Positions 1 through 10,368 of a stretch of DNA of 64,000 nt are shown here, piece after piece. Position numbers and translations under genes: made by a program. Origin of the DNA: Methanocaldococcus indicus (GTDB taxonomy: Archaea > AGJL01 > Methanococci > Methanococcales > Methanocaldococcaceae); contig NZ_CP186926.1 in assembly GCF_049554935.1 (NCBI RefSeq), forward strand, positions 448,001 through 512,000. The letters are read 5' to 3'. Numbering within the stretch: position 1 is the stretch's first letter; each line of letters starts with the position of its first letter. Under the pieces are notes generated by a model. That model did no database searches. It had not been told where the DNA came from and was given only the letters and a program-made list of their open reading frames with translations.

Positions 1-76
1 TTTTTACTATTTCTTCTTGTCCAACAACTTCATCCAATGTCTTTGGTCTATATTTCTCTACCCATGGCTTTTCCAT
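1..76 (-). CDS. rfcS: Replication factor C small subunit, 5' part (runs off window)
   Basis: Minus strand reads [25 protein letters not shown] ([11 protein letters not shown] motif) after a GGTGA RBS; not in ORF track. Confidence 0.9.
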   Translation of the reverse strand, partial: MEKPWVEKYRPKTLDEVVGQEEIVK

Positions 77-98
77 ACTTTCACCTAAAAAGATTTAA

Positions 99-1382
99 TT
101 ATTTAACTTCTATATTTGCTCCTAAACTTCTCATAACTTCTATAAAATTAGGAAATGATATTTTTACAGATTCCTCATTGTCAATTATTGTCTCTCCTTC
201 TGCTTTTAATCCAGCTATGGTAAATGCCATAACTAACCTGTGGTCATGATAGGTATTTAATTTGGCTCCTTTAAGTTTTTTAACTCCTTCTATTATTAAT
301 CCATCTTTTCTCTCTTCAATCTTAGCTCCCATCTTTTTTAATTCAGTATAACAAGCTCTTAATCTATCACTCTCTTTATATCTTACATGTTCAGCATTGT
401 AAATTTTAGTTTTTCCTTCTGCAAAACATCCTAAAACTGCTAAGGTAGGAACTAAATCTGGAATATCCTTAGCATCTATATCTATCCCTTCTAAATTATA
501 TTCTCCATTTAATATAACTCTATCTTTTTTAACTTTTATATCTGCTCCCATCTCTCTAACAATTTCAACAATTTTTTTATCTCCTTGCTTAGAATTTTCA
601 AATAAATTAATTATTTCAATATTTGAATTAATTAAGACACCAGCTGCTATTAAATAGGATGATGAGGAATAATCACCTTCAACAGTATAATCTATATTTT
701 TATATTTTTGATTTCCATAAACTAAAAAACCATCCTCTAAGACTTCAACTTTTATTCCAAATTTATCTAATATGTCAAGAGTTATGTCTATGTATGGTTT
801 AGATTTCAGTGGAGTTGTTAATTCTATTTTAGTATCCTCTTTATTAAATGGTAAGAGCATTAAAAGAGAAGTTATAAATTGTGAGCTAATATCTCCTCTT
901 ATTCTTACTAAATTCCCATCTATTTCTCCACTTTCTACAATAATTGGAGCTGTTCCATCCAATTTTGATGAGAATGCATTTATATTTATTTGTTTTAGAG
1001 CATCTAACAATGGTTGCATTGGTCTTTTTCTTATAGAGGAATCTCCTGTTAAAATAGCATATCCCTTAGGAATTAATGAAGATAAAGAAGTTAAAATTCT
1101 CAAAGTTGTTCCACTATTTCCAACATCTATAATATTGTCAGGAGTTTTATACTCCCCACCTTCAACAATCCAAACATCATCTTTTAAATTTAGAGTTATT
1201 TTAGTTCCTAACTTCCTACAAGAATATACAGAAGATAAGCAATCTTTACCCCATAATGGTGAATATATCTTACTAATTCCATTAGCTAAACTTGCTCCAA
1301 TAACTGCTCTATGTGTGTAAGATTTTGATGGAGGTGCTTTAACTTTTCCTTCTAAATAGTCAGTTTTTCTAACAATTAACAA
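99..1382 (-). CDS. aroA: 3-phosphoshikimate 1-carboxyvinyltransferase (EPSP synthase)
   Basis: PPSKSYTHR, GNSGTTLR, RPMQPL, SSQFITS, KESDR, DHRLVMA motifs; likely TTG start at 1382 after GGTGA. Confidence 0.96.
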   Translation of the reverse strand: MLIVRKTDYLEGKVKAPPSKSYTHRAVIGASLANGISKIYSPLWGKDCLSSVYSCRKLGTKITLNLKDDVWIVEGGEYKTPDNIIDVGNSGTTLRILTSLSSLIPKGYAILTGDSSIRKRPMQPLLDALKQININAFSSKLDGTAPIIVESGEIDGNLVRIRGDISSQFITSLLMLLPFNKEDTKIELTTPLKSKPYIDITLDILDKFGIKVEVLEDGFLVYGNQKYKNIDYTVEGDYSSSSYLIAAGVLINSNIEIINLFENSKQGDKKIVEIVREMGADIKVKKDRVILNGEYNLEGIDIDAKDIPDLVPTLAVLGCFAEGKTKIYNAEHVRYKESDRLRACYTELKKMGAKIEERKDGLIIEGVKKLKGAKLNTYHDHRLVMAFTIAGLKAEGETIIDNEESVKISFPNFIEVMRSLGANIEVK

Positions 1383-1480
1383 ATCTCTCACCAATTGATG
1401 ACTATAATTTAAAATAGTCCAAAACTTATTTATATTGGTTTAGTCCCAGAAATATATAAACTATAACTAAGTGATTAGTT

Positions 1481-1585
1481 ATGAGCTTAAAATCAAGATT
1501 AATATTTTTATTAATATTCACATTATTAGTTTTATTATTATCTGGATGTATTGATTTTCACCATCACTACCATCATGATTGGTAA
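1481..1585 (+). CDS. 34-aa His-rich mini-lipoprotein MSLKSRLIFLLIFTLLVLLLSGCIDFHHHYHHDW
   Basis: Read manually. TATA-like AATATATAAA at 1451-1460, GTGA RBS at 1471, basic N-region, hydrophobic core, LLSGC lipobox-like motif, His-rich tail, T-tract after stop. Confidence 0.7.
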   Translation: MSLKSRLIFLLIFTLLVLLLSGCIDFHHHYHHDW

Positions 1586-1646
1586 TTTTTTTCTTTTAAA
1601 TACTATATAATTTAAATTTTTTACTAATAATAAATTAGGAGATAAT

Positions 1647-2153
1647 ATGCCAACAACTTATGAATTAAAAATTTATGAAAAGGTTCAACATGTTGGGTTT
1701 AGGGATAGGATTGAAAATATTGGAAGGGGTTTAGGGATTGATGGGATTGTTTATAATCATAAAGATGGTAGTGTTAGGATTTTAGCAAACTTTGATGATG
1801 AAGAGGATAAGGAATTGTTCAAAAAATATATTAAAAGATTGGAAAAGAAAGATAAATTAATTAAAATTGAGAAGATAGAGGAGAGGGAGTTAAATACCTA
1901 TATTGAGTTTCCAGAAGGGATTAATAGGATTTCAGCAGATGATTTAATAGAGTTAAATAAAAAATTAGATGAAGGAGTTAAATATATCAAGCTGATTTTT
2001 AGTGAGTTAGAGGAGCATAAAAAGATTTTAATAATGGCATTAGATGAACTAAAAGAACATAAAAAGATATTATTAGATATAAAAGAAACTCAATTAAAAA
2101 TATTAGAAAAATTAGACAAAATAAGTGAAATATTAGAAAAAAGATTTATTTAA
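1647..2153 (+). CDS. Acylphosphatase-like domain with C-terminal coiled coil
   Basis: KVQHVGFR and VYNHKDGSV acylphosphatase motifs; heptad repeats [18 protein letters not shown]. Confidence 0.8.
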   Translation: MPTTYELKIYEKVQHVGFRDRIENIGRGLGIDGIVYNHKDGSVRILANFDDEEDKELFKKYIKRLEKKDKLIKIEKIEERELNTYIEFPEGINRISADDLIELNKKLDEGVKYIKLIFSELEEHKKILIMALDELKEHKKILLDIKETQLKILEKLDKISEILEKRFI

Positions 2154-2163
2154 ACATAAAATG

Positions 2164-2234
2164 CCCCCCTGTTGGCCCACGCTCCTGATGTAGCAGAGGC
2201 TAAAAATGAGGGAGCGTCGGATGCAGGGGGGACA
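2164..2234 (+). ncRNA. Archaeal H/ACA box pseudouridylation guide sRNA
   Basis: GC-rich island: lower stem CCCCCCTG/CAGGGGGG, internal pocket, upper stem ACGCTCC/GGAGCGT, K-turn-like CTGA...TGA, apical hairpin TAGC-AGAG-GCTA, terminal ACA 14 nt from top of pocket. Confidence 0.85.
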
Positions 2235-2235
2235 T

Positions 2236-2847
2236 TTATTCATCTAAGTGTATTAAAGAAGGAGTAACTGTTTTTTGGTATTTATATTTAGAAGATTTTC
2301 TTTCTGAATAACCTATTTTTGCAGGGCTATTTAAATAGCTAAATATGAGTTGTCCAATTCTTTGATTTTTGTATAAAATAACTGGCTTATCGAAAGCTAT
2401 AATTTCTAAGGTAATTTTTCCTTTAAATCCTGCATCTATCCATCCAGCAGTTTGGTGAGATGTTAAAAATATCCTACCCAAGGAACTTCTCCCTTGATAT
2501 TGAGCACAAATATTGTTAGGTAACTCAATATATTCATTTGTTGTTCCCAATATTCCCCCTTCAACAACACAATCAACATTGTATTTTTCTTTAAAATAGT
2601 TAATTTTCTCATCTGTTAAATTGTAGTTTAAAGGGCAAACTAAAATAGAGTTTTTTATTTTTATTTTTTTATAGTTCATCTCTCTTTTTAGGTCATATAC
2701 TTCATTCTCATAAATAATAAATTCATCTCCTAATGTTACATCATAAGAAGATGGCCCAACAAATTCCTCATTGAATGGAGTTATTTTTAAATCTCCTTTT
2801 TTTATTAGAGTTAGAATATCTACATCACTTAGTATCAACAAAATCAC
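2236..2847 (-). CDS. dcd: dCTP deaminase (probably bifunctional dUMP-forming type)
   Basis: ILSD start, PSSYDVTLG, GRSSLGR, AGWIDAGFKGKITLE motifs. Confidence 0.93.
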   Translation of the reverse strand: MILLILSDVDILTLIKKGDLKITPFNEEFVGPSSYDVTLGDEFIIYENEVYDLKREMNYKKIKIKNSILVCPLNYNLTDEKINYFKEKYNVDCVVEGGILGTTNEYIELPNNICAQYQGRSSLGRIFLTSHQTAGWIDAGFKGKITLEIIAFDKPVILYKNQRIGQLIFSYLNSPAKIGYSERKSSKYKYQKTVTPSLIHLDE

Positions 2848-3591
2848 CTAAATTCTATATTTATCTAAATAGCCCCTTGGAGCTACTATTTTATTGTCCA
2901 ATATTTTTGTTTTAGAGTTTCCAATAATTAGGAGTGTGTTCATATCTATATAATCTAAATAATAATTCAGATTGTTTAAAATTTCTTTGGTTGTAGTTAT
3001 TTTTACCTCTTCTTTTTCTCTTCCAGCATTCTTTACTATTCCAACAATTCTATCAATATCCATATCTCTTATAATCTCAAATGCCTTAATAAATGGTTCT
3101 TTTCTTCTCTTACTCAAGGGATTATAGATGTTGATTATATAGTCTCCTTCCAAAGCTAATTTAAATCTCTTTAAAATCAAATCTAATGGAGTTAATAAAT
3201 CACTAAAACTTATAACCACAAAATCATGATTTAGAGGGCTACCTAATAAAGAAGAAGCAATTAAAGCTGATGTAAGTCCTGGAATAACTCTAATTTCTAC
3301 ATTAAAATTTTTTTTATAATTAATTTCATAAGCTAATGAAGCTAATCCATATACAGTAGCATCTCCTGAAGATACTAATGCAACATCCAAAGTTTTAGCT
3401 TTTTCCAATGCAAACATAACTCTGTCTATCTCTTTTGTCATTCCAGTTGTATATATCTCTTTATTGAATCTTTCAACATACTTTTTATAACCTTTATAGC
3501 ACACAATTAAATCAACTTTATTTAGTATTTCCTCAGCTTCAAAAGTAAAATGTTTTTTATTTCCACTACCAATACCAACAACATACAACAT
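2848..3591 (-). CDS. cbiH: Precorrin-3B C17-methyltransferase (CbiH/CobJ)
   Basis: LYVVGIGSG, VSSGDATVYG, GSPLNHDF, IYNP, DMNTLLIIGN, PRGY. Confidence 0.9.
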   Translation of the reverse strand: MLYVVGIGSGNKKHFTFEAEEILNKVDLIVCYKGYKKYVERFNKEIYTTGMTKEIDRVMFALEKAKTLDVALVSSGDATVYGLASLAYEINYKKNFNVEIRVIPGLTSALIASSLLGSPLNHDFVVISFSDLLTPLDLILKRFKLALEGDYIINIYNPLSKRRKEPFIKAFEIIRDMDIDRIVGIVKNAGREKEEVKITTTKEILNNLNYYLDYIDMNTLLIIGNSKTKILDNKIVAPRGYLDKYRI

Positions 3592-4631
3592 TACTTAACC
3601 CTCTTTAATACCCCTTTTATATAGTTCTCTATTTTTATGTTTATTTCATCTTTTAACACATCTAATAGTTTTTTATGCTCTTCTGAAATGTTAATTCCCT
3701 CATCTTTATAAGGTGTTTTCTCTAATTTTTTCTCACATAATAAAACATCTAAATCTGTAAATGTTCCATATAGTTCCCAACCTGTTGTTTTAACTTCTTT
3801 CTCTATCCAATGAGCCAATTTAGTTCCATAAATTGAGAATAGTGGGAACTTTGTTATTACATTTGAGCCAGAGGATAGTAGAGGACTAACCATTGGAACT
3901 TTATCAGTCCATATTCCTGTTATTATTTTAATCTTTGGAAAAGCTAATCTAACTGATGAAACCCAATTCATATACTCCAAAGTTGTTACTGATGGTTTAT
4001 TTTCATAAATAGTTCCTTTTTGTGGATTTAGGGAGTAGAAGGTTATCCTATCCAATTCTAACTCTTCAATAAGATTTAAAAGCTTTTCAATATCTTCCTC
4101 TCTCTCCTCCAATCCTAAAATTATAGTTATTCCTGTTTTTAAACCTAAATCCTTAGCTTTTATTAAAAAATCTTTTATTTTGTCTAATGGCTTTCCAGGA
4201 CAGATTTTTTCTCTATTTCTTAATGTTTCTACTGCCCCTACAACTCCTTCAATAACATCTAAATTTAATCTATCCAAGTCAGTTATTCCTACATTTAAAT
4301 ATTGTTTAGTTTTTTGCACATAAGCTACTAATTCAGCTATTCTATTAATCTCTTCAACACTATATCCATAACCTCCTGAGATAAATTCCAACTTCCAACC
4401 TATTCTTTTCATTAGAATAGCCTCTGCCAATATACTTGCTAAACTTCTTCTTGCTAATTTTGGAGATGAAATTTTATCCTTCTGTGTGCTCATATAACAA
4501 AACTTACAGGGCTTATCCAATGAACAATACCATCCTAAAAATAGAGCTCTCTCAAAAGATACATAATCAAAATGTTTTAAAGTTAGTTTATAAGCTTTTA
4601 TTGCATTCTCTAAAACTTCATCAACCTTCAT
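3591..4631 (-). CDS. Radical SAM protein, BioB-like, with CX5CX2C motif
   Basis: CSLDKPCKFC, ISGG, TGITIILGLEE, LNPQKGT. Confidence 0.8.
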   Translation of the reverse strand: MKVDEVLENAIKAYKLTLKHFDYVSFERALFLGWYCSLDKPCKFCYMSTQKDKISSPKLARRSLASILAEAILMKRIGWKLEFISGGYGYSVEEINRIAELVAYVQKTKQYLNVGITDLDRLNLDVIEGVVGAVETLRNREKICPGKPLDKIKDFLIKAKDLGLKTGITIILGLEEREEDIEKLLNLIEELELDRITFYSLNPQKGTIYENKPSVTTLEYMNWVSSVRLAFPKIKIITGIWTDKVPMVSPLLSSGSNVITKFPLFSIYGTKLAHWIEKEVKTTGWELYGTFTDLDVLLCEKKLEKTPYKDEGINISEEHKKLLDVLKDEINIKIENYIKGVLKRVK

Positions 4632-5052
4632 AGCTCTTCTCCATATACTTCTCTAATAATTTAGATGGAACTCTTGTCTCAAAACCTAACCTCTCCAATA
4701 TCATATTTGTAAGAATTATTTTTAGTATCTCTTTTCCTTCTTTTGATGTAGTTATTTCATTCAACTTTCTACTAATAGCAGGAGATTTTAACTTTTTTAG
4801 TACCTCTGCTATCTCTTCCTCAGAAATTCTACCTTTTTTCTTTTTATAAATTGTATCAGCTATTTCTTCCAACTTTTTCATATCAAAAGGTAAATACTCT
4901 AAAAATTTCTTTGAGACAGTTTCATCAATAGATAACAACAATCTTGCTATTTCTATATCTTCAACATTTTCATCTATTTTTAACTTTTTTACAACAAACC
5001 AATTTTTATGTTTTGCAAAGAACTCAATTCTTTCCTCCAAATATCTCACCAA
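4621..5052 (-). CDS. Conserved hypothetical archaeal protein (DUF2666-like)
   Basis: Long ORF in operon; IEFFAKHKNW...EIARLL pattern. Confidence 0.6.
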   Translation of the reverse strand: MVRYLEERIEFFAKHKNWFVVKKLKIDENVEDIEIARLLLSIDETVSKKFLEYLPFDMKKLEEIADTIYKKKKGRISEEEIAEVLKKLKSPAISRKLNEITTSKEGKEILKIILTNMILERLGFETRVPSKLLEKYMEKSYEG

Positions 5053-5061
5053 AATTTTAAT

Positions 5062-6105
5062 TTATTTTAAATCTTTTAATAAGTTATAAATTAATTTATA
5101 TGTATTCTCTAAATCTCTTTTATCTATAACTTCAACAGGAGTATGGATATATCTTGCAGGAACTGATAAAACTCCTGTTGGAATTCCTTCCCTAACTAAA
5201 TGAATAGCTGTTCCATCAGTTGTTCCTCCTTCTCCAACCTCTAACTGATAAGGAATATTATACTTTTCAGCAGTATCTTTTAACAATTTTAAAACTTCTG
5301 GATGAGCAATTAACCCTCTTCCAGATGCATCAGCAATATCAATAACTACCCCTTTTCCCAAATCAACAGGTGCATCTTCTTTTTTAATTCCTGGATGGTC
5401 TCCTGCAATAGTAACATCAATAGCTAATGCCAAATCAGGATTTATCTTATAAGCTGATACCTTAGCTCCTTTTAAACCAACCTCTTCCTGAACAGTTCCA
5501 ACTAAATAAACTTGACAATTTAAATCTTCTTTTGATAAATTTTTAGCCAACTCTAACAATATAGAGCATCCAACTCTATCATCAAATGCCTTTCCTGTTA
5601 ATCTATTTTTCCCTAACTCATTTAATTCAGCTATAAATGATACTGGAGTTCCAATATTAACTCCCATCTCTATTGCTTCCTCTCTACATTCTGCTCCAAT
5701 ATCTATAAACATATCTTCATATTTTATTATTTTGTTTCTTTCTTCTTCCTTCATTCTGTGAGGTGGTTTAGAACCTAAAACCCCTATTAAATCTCCTTTC
5801 TCTCCATGGACTTTAACTTTTTGATTTAAAATAGTTGGGTCATATATACCTCCTATCTTTGTAAATTTTAAGAATCCATTATCATCAATATATTTAACCA
5901 TTAAACCTATTTCATCAATATGGGCAGCAATCATAACTCTTTTTCCTTTATCTCCAATTTTGGCAATTACATTTCCAAACTTATCAACTTCAACCTCACA
6001 GTATTTTTTTAGCTCCTCTACCATATAACTTCTTACACTATCCTCTCTACCAGATATACCAGACAATTCTGTTAATTTTTTTAAATATTCCAATAACATA
6101 ATCAA
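5062..6105 (-). CDS. M42 family metallo-aminopeptidase (TET/FrvX-like)
   Basis: [38 protein letters not shown]. Confidence 0.92.
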   Translation of the reverse strand: MIMLLEYLKKLTELSGISGREDSVRSYMVEELKKYCEVEVDKFGNVIAKIGDKGKRVMIAAHIDEIGLMVKYIDDNGFLKFTKIGGIYDPTILNQKVKVHGEKGDLIGVLGSKPPHRMKEEERNKIIKYEDMFIDIGAECREEAIEMGVNIGTPVSFIAELNELGKNRLTGKAFDDRVGCSILLELAKNLSKEDLNCQVYLVGTVQEEVGLKGAKVSAYKINPDLALAIDVTIAGDHPGIKKEDAPVDLGKGVVIDIADASGRGLIAHPEVLKLLKDTAEKYNIPYQLEVGEGGTTDGTAIHLVREGIPTGVLSVPARYIHTPVEVIDKRDLENTYKLIYNLLKDLK

Positions 6106-6191
6106 ACCTCCAAAATTTTGTTTAACAATTAACCAATAGGATTAATTAAATATAAACTAATTAAAATAACTTTTTTTATAATAACTTTTAT

Positions 6192-6947
6192 TTATGATAC
6201 TGGAAGCACAACAGAATAACCTTTTACATTTTCAATAATAACATCAACACCATACACTGCTTTAATATTTTCAGGGGTTATTATTTCTTTTCCTCCATAG
6301 GCATAAACATATCCATCTTTCAACATTATAAATTTATCAGAAAATCTTAAAGCTAAATTTAAATCATGCATAACAATAATTGAAGCTATGTTTTTAGATT
6401 TTGACACATCTTTAATAATCTTCATAACTTCCAATTGATTTTTTAAATCTAAGTTGTTAGTTGGTTCATCTAACAATAAAACTTTTGGTTCTTGAACTAA
6501 TGCTCTTGCTATAATAACCTTTTGCAGTTCTCCACCACTTAACTCATTTGTATATCTTAGTGCATAATCTTCTAAATCTAAAAGTTTTAAAACTTTATAG
6601 GTAAGTTCTATATCTCTTTCAGATACCTCCCATTTAATATGTGGCTTTCTACCTAAGAGAACTGTATCAAATACAGTCATATAATTACCTTCTGATTTTT
6701 GAGGAACATAACCAACTAATTTAGCCAACTCAGAGTTATTTAACTTATCTATATCAAAATTATCAATTAATATTGTTCCTTTCTTTGGTTTTAGTATTTT
6801 ATTTATGCATTTTAAGAGTGTTGATTTTCCAGCCCCATTAACTCCTAAGATTGAAACAACTTCTCCTCTTTTAACTTCAAATTTTATGTTGTTTAGTATC
6901 TTTCTACTCTTGTAGGAAAATTCTACTCCATCAACTGAAAGAATCAT
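6192..6947 (-). CDS. Iron-complex/cobalamin-type ABC transporter ATP-binding subunit
   Basis: Walker [15 protein letters not shown] signature, LLLDEPT, HDLN. Confidence 0.92.
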   Translation of the reverse strand: MILSVDGVEFSYKSRKILNNIKFEVKRGEVVSILGVNGAGKSTLLKCINKILKPKKGTILIDNFDIDKLNNSELAKLVGYVPQKSEGNYMTVFDTVLLGRKPHIKWEVSERDIELTYKVLKLLDLEDYALRYTNELSGGELQKVIIARALVQEPKVLLLDEPTNNLDLKNQLEVMKIIKDVSKSKNIASIIVMHDLNLALRFSDKFIMLKDGYVYAYGGKEIITPENIKAVYGVDVIIENVKGYSVVLPVS

Positions 6948-6958
6948 AATACCACATT

Positions 6959-8002
6959 TTATTTATACATCCTTAACAACAAATAAATAAACATTGGAGC
7001 TCCTAAGAAAGAAGTTAATATTCCAACTGGTAAGACTATTGGAGCAATTATTGTCCTTGCAAATGTATCTGCAACTAATAACAACACAGATCCAAATATT
7101 GCAGAAATTGGAATTAAAAATCTATAATCTCCACCAATAATAATTCTAATTAAATGAGGACATATCAATCCAACAAAACCAATAATTCCCAAAAATGCTA
7201 CATTTACAGAAACTAATAATGAAGCTATAAGCATTCCTACCAATCTTACTTTCTCAGTATCAACTCCTAAAGATTTAGCAGCTTCATCTCCAACTTCTAA
7301 TGCATTGTAGTCCCATCTCTTGTGTATAAAATAAATTAATGAAAATAACAAAACTATAAACATAATGTAAATTTCTGTCCATGAAGCTCTACCTAAATCA
7401 CCAAAAGTCCAATATACAATTGCAGCTAATTGTAAATCATCAGCAAAATATTGAATTAAAGTTGTCCCAGCAGTAAATAATGAACTCATAGCTACTCCTG
7501 CTAAAATCATAGCTTCTGGAGATAATCTCCTTAACTTTGCAATTAGTAATATTACAACAACACTAACTAATGCTCCAAAAAAAGCAAAAATAGTTATTAA
7601 ATATGGATTGTCAATAAGTATTTTTCCTCCACTAATGTTCCCTAATCCAAAAAAGATAATTGCAAGAGAAGCTCCAAACATTGCCCCATGTGATATTCCA
7701 ATAGTAAAAGGGCTTGCTAATGGATTTCTTAAAATACATTGCATAACTGCTCCTGCAACAGCTAATGACATTCCAGCAATTATTGCTGCAAGTATTCTTG
7801 GTAATCTAATATTCCAAATGACTAAGTTTATGTGTTCATCACCATATCCAAAAATACCATTTATTACTTGATTTACTGTTAATTTATAATCTCCTACACA
7901 TAAAGCATAAATTGAGCATAAAAATGTGAATATTAATAAAATAAATCCAAAAATTATTTTCTTTTTTGTATATTTTTTATATTCTTCTTGGAGTGTGTCC
8001 AT
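6959..8002 (-). CDS. FecCD-family ABC transporter permease
   Basis: [40 protein letters not shown]. Confidence 0.92.
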   Translation of the reverse strand: MDTLQEEYKKYTKKKIIFGFILLIFTFLCSIYALCVGDYKLTVNQVINGIFGYGDEHINLVIWNIRLPRILAAIIAGMSLAVAGAVMQCILRNPLASPFTIGISHGAMFGASLAIIFFGLGNISGGKILIDNPYLITIFAFFGALVSVVVILLIAKLRRLSPEAMILAGVAMSSLFTAGTTLIQYFADDLQLAAIVYWTFGDLGRASWTEIYIMFIVLLFSLIYFIHKRWDYNALEVGDEAAKSLGVDTEKVRLVGMLIASLLVSVNVAFLGIIGFVGLICPHLIRIIIGGDYRFLIPISAIFGSVLLLVADTFARTIIAPIVLPVGILTSFLGAPMFIYLLLRMYK

Positions 8003-8033
8003 AAATATCCCAAAATTTTAAATTCTAAAATTT

Positions 8034-9110
8034 CTATATTTTTTTAGCAATAATCATCTTTGCTGGTGAGTTATTTTCAAATCCTAAAAGTTTTGGAATA
8101 TCAATAACCTCTAAAATCTTAAAACCTAAATCTTCTAAGTATTTCAAATAATCATCAAAGTTTAAATCTCCTTTAAATGTATATCTCATTCTGCTTTTTT
8201 CAAGTCCTTTTGGCTTGGAGAAGTTCCATTCCATATTATCTAAATAATCATTAATACTTTCTTCCTTTTCTGGAAAAAATTGTTTATTTATAAACAAACC
8301 TCCTTTATTTAAAGCATCATAAACCTTTTTAGCAATTTTTGGATTTTTTCCACCTGGATTGTAAGAGCAGAAGATTATATCATAATCCTTCCCAATCTTA
8401 TCCTTATAAAAATCACCAGCAATAGTATAGACATTTTTTGCATTGTATTTTTTGATAAACTTTTTAGTTTCTTCAACAACGTCTGGTAAATCAAAGACAT
8501 AGCACTTTAAATTTTTATTTAACATACTAAATCCAATAGCATACAAACCATGTCCTCCAGCTAAATCAAGAAGTTTTTTAGCATTTTTAAACTCTTCATA
8601 TTTGGCTATATGGCTTAAAACCTTCTGCAACTCCCAGCATTTGCATTCATCACCCATTCTTTTAACAATCTTTGGAAAAAAGGAGCTGATGTCTGTATTT
8701 GTATATTTATCCTTATTTTTTAAAATATCTAATAAATTTACCCAATTTTTGATATTTTCAAAATAACTATAAATTGGATTAAACAAATTATATTCTGAAT
8801 CTCTTTTAAAATAGATATCGGTAATTTCTGTGTTTCTATAATGGATTTTTCCATTTATAACTTTACTTTCAATTAAATTAAGCTCATTAAGAATTTTTAA
8901 TATATAATCTGTTAAAATTATATCTGTCTCTAATAGTGCTGCTAATTCATCTGCACTTTTAAAATCATCTAAATAATCAAATAAATTTAAATCAATAGCA
9001 GTTTTTAACAAATAAAAAATCCTTGTTTTTGAATAGATTTCATCAAAAAGTTTTAATATCTTTTCTGGACTTTTATCTGGACATTTTAGAAGGGACATAT
9101 TCTCCCACAA
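8034..9110 (-). CDS. SAM-dependent (O-)methyltransferase with N-terminal dimerisation/wHTH region
   Basis: LLDLAGGHG motif I, VFDLPDV, IAGDFY. Confidence 0.85.
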   Translation of the reverse strand: MWENMSLLKCPDKSPEKILKLFDEIYSKTRIFYLLKTAIDLNLFDYLDDFKSADELAALLETDIILTDYILKILNELNLIESKVINGKIHYRNTEITDIYFKRDSEYNLFNPIYSYFENIKNWVNLLDILKNKDKYTNTDISSFFPKIVKRMGDECKCWELQKVLSHIAKYEEFKNAKKLLDLAGGHGLYAIGFSMLNKNLKCYVFDLPDVVEETKKFIKKYNAKNVYTIAGDFYKDKIGKDYDIIFCSYNPGGKNPKIAKKVYDALNKGGLFINKQFFPEKEESINDYLDNMEWNFSKPKGLEKSRMRYTFKGDLNFDDYLKYLEDLGFKILEVIDIPKLLGFENNSPAKMIIAKKI

Positions 9111-9121
9111 AAAAATAAATT

Positions 9122-10252
9122 TTAATTATTAAATTCTAACTTTTTAAATCCACCTAATTTTTCCTTCATAATATTATAGACTGGTTTTCCTACTAAGAAA
9201 GCATAAATTTCATCTGCCTTTTCTTCTGGATTTATATCACTAAACTTTTCTGGATAAATTACTTTTCCAACATAATAAGCATCTGCCAATGCTGTTCCAA
9301 TATTTGTAGTATAGAAATTGTAAGGCAATAGTCCATAAACATTTCCATTTTTAAAAGCTTTTAATGAATTATAGAATTCAGGATTTTTCTTATAATCCTC
9401 AATAACCAATTTTAATCCACCTTCATCAATAAATATAATATCAGGGTTCCATTTTAGTATTTGTTCCTTACTAACAAATACATGTCCTTCTTTATTTAAC
9501 TCATCTGCAACATTTTTAGCATGAACTAATACAAATGGAGGATATTTACATTGAGTACTCTCAATTCCACGCATACCTTTGTATCCTATTCCTCCAACAT
9601 ATACACTTGGTTTTTTCTCATCTGGAATATCTTTTGTTCTATTTTCTAAATCATTTTCACAATATTTTATAAATTTAATAACATCTTCAGCTCTTTTTTC
9701 TTTGTCTAAAATCATTCCTGCAAGTTTTAAAGATTTAAATAAATCTTCATTATCAAAAGTAGCCAACTTTCCATAGCTTAAAACAACTACAGGAATTCCA
9801 GTTTTTTGTTGTAACTCTTCAACATCTTCTTTGGGCATATATGTAACAAAAATTACATCTGGTTTTACTTGCATTATTGCTTCTGGATTTGGTTTTGGAC
9901 TTGGTCCTCCTTGTCCAATTGTAGGTAATTCGGCAAGTTCTGGATGAGCAATTCTATAAGGTCTTCCCCATGGTGTCCATTTTTTCTCAGCATCTTCAAC
10001 TCCTACAACTTTATCTGTTGCATTCAAATATACAATCAATCTTAAACATCCTGGACCAAGACATACTATTCTATTTACTTCTTTTGGAACTTCTACAACT
10101 CTTCCATACAAATCTGTAATTTTAATTACTTCTGGGTTGATATGTTTCTCTATGTTGCTTGATTCTATGTTATTTGATTGACTAACACACCCTGAGAACA
10201 ATAAACCAGCTATTATCAGAATTATCATTTTTTTCATCATTTTATCATCCAT
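9122..10252 (-). CDS. Iron/cobalamin-type ABC substrate-binding lipoprotein
   Basis: LFSGC lipobox, [30 protein letters not shown]. Confidence 0.9.
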   Translation of the reverse strand: MDDKMMKKMIILIIAGLLFSGCVSQSNNIESSNIEKHINPEVIKITDLYGRVVEVPKEVNRIVCLGPGCLRLIVYLNATDKVVGVEDAEKKWTPWGRPYRIAHPELAELPTIGQGGPSPKPNPEAIMQVKPDVIFVTYMPKEDVEELQQKTGIPVVVLSYGKLATFDNEDLFKSLKLAGMILDKEKRAEDVIKFIKYCENDLENRTKDIPDEKKPSVYVGGIGYKGMRGIESTQCKYPPFVLVHAKNVADELNKEGHVFVSKEQILKWNPDIIFIDEGGLKLVIEDYKKNPEFYNSLKAFKNGNVYGLLPYNFYTTNIGTALADAYYVGKVIYPEKFSDINPEEKADEIYAFLVGKPVYNIMKEKLGGFKKLEFNN

Positions 10253-10275
10253 TTTTTCTTTTATTTATGAGTAAA

Positions 10276-10301
10276 TAATAACAAAAGATATTTTGTTAAT
10301 A
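10276..10301. promoter_or_regulatory. Palindromic candidate operator upstream of metal ABC operon
   Basis: TAACAAAA-GATA-TTTTGTTA inverted repeat just downstream (minus sense) of a TATATATA box at about 10312-10319. Confidence 0.5.
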
Positions 10302-10368
10302 ACATATAACCTATATATATTTTTATGTGGTAAAAATTAAGTCAAAAATTTTATTAGGTTAAAGAATT

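Noticed and set aside
772-1320. Long antisense ORFs (also 7608-7871, 13467-13913, 14345-14740, 23620-24303, 27694-28167 and others)
   Set aside because: Shadow frames opposite well-supported genes; Ser/Ile/Phe-rich, with no RBS or motifs
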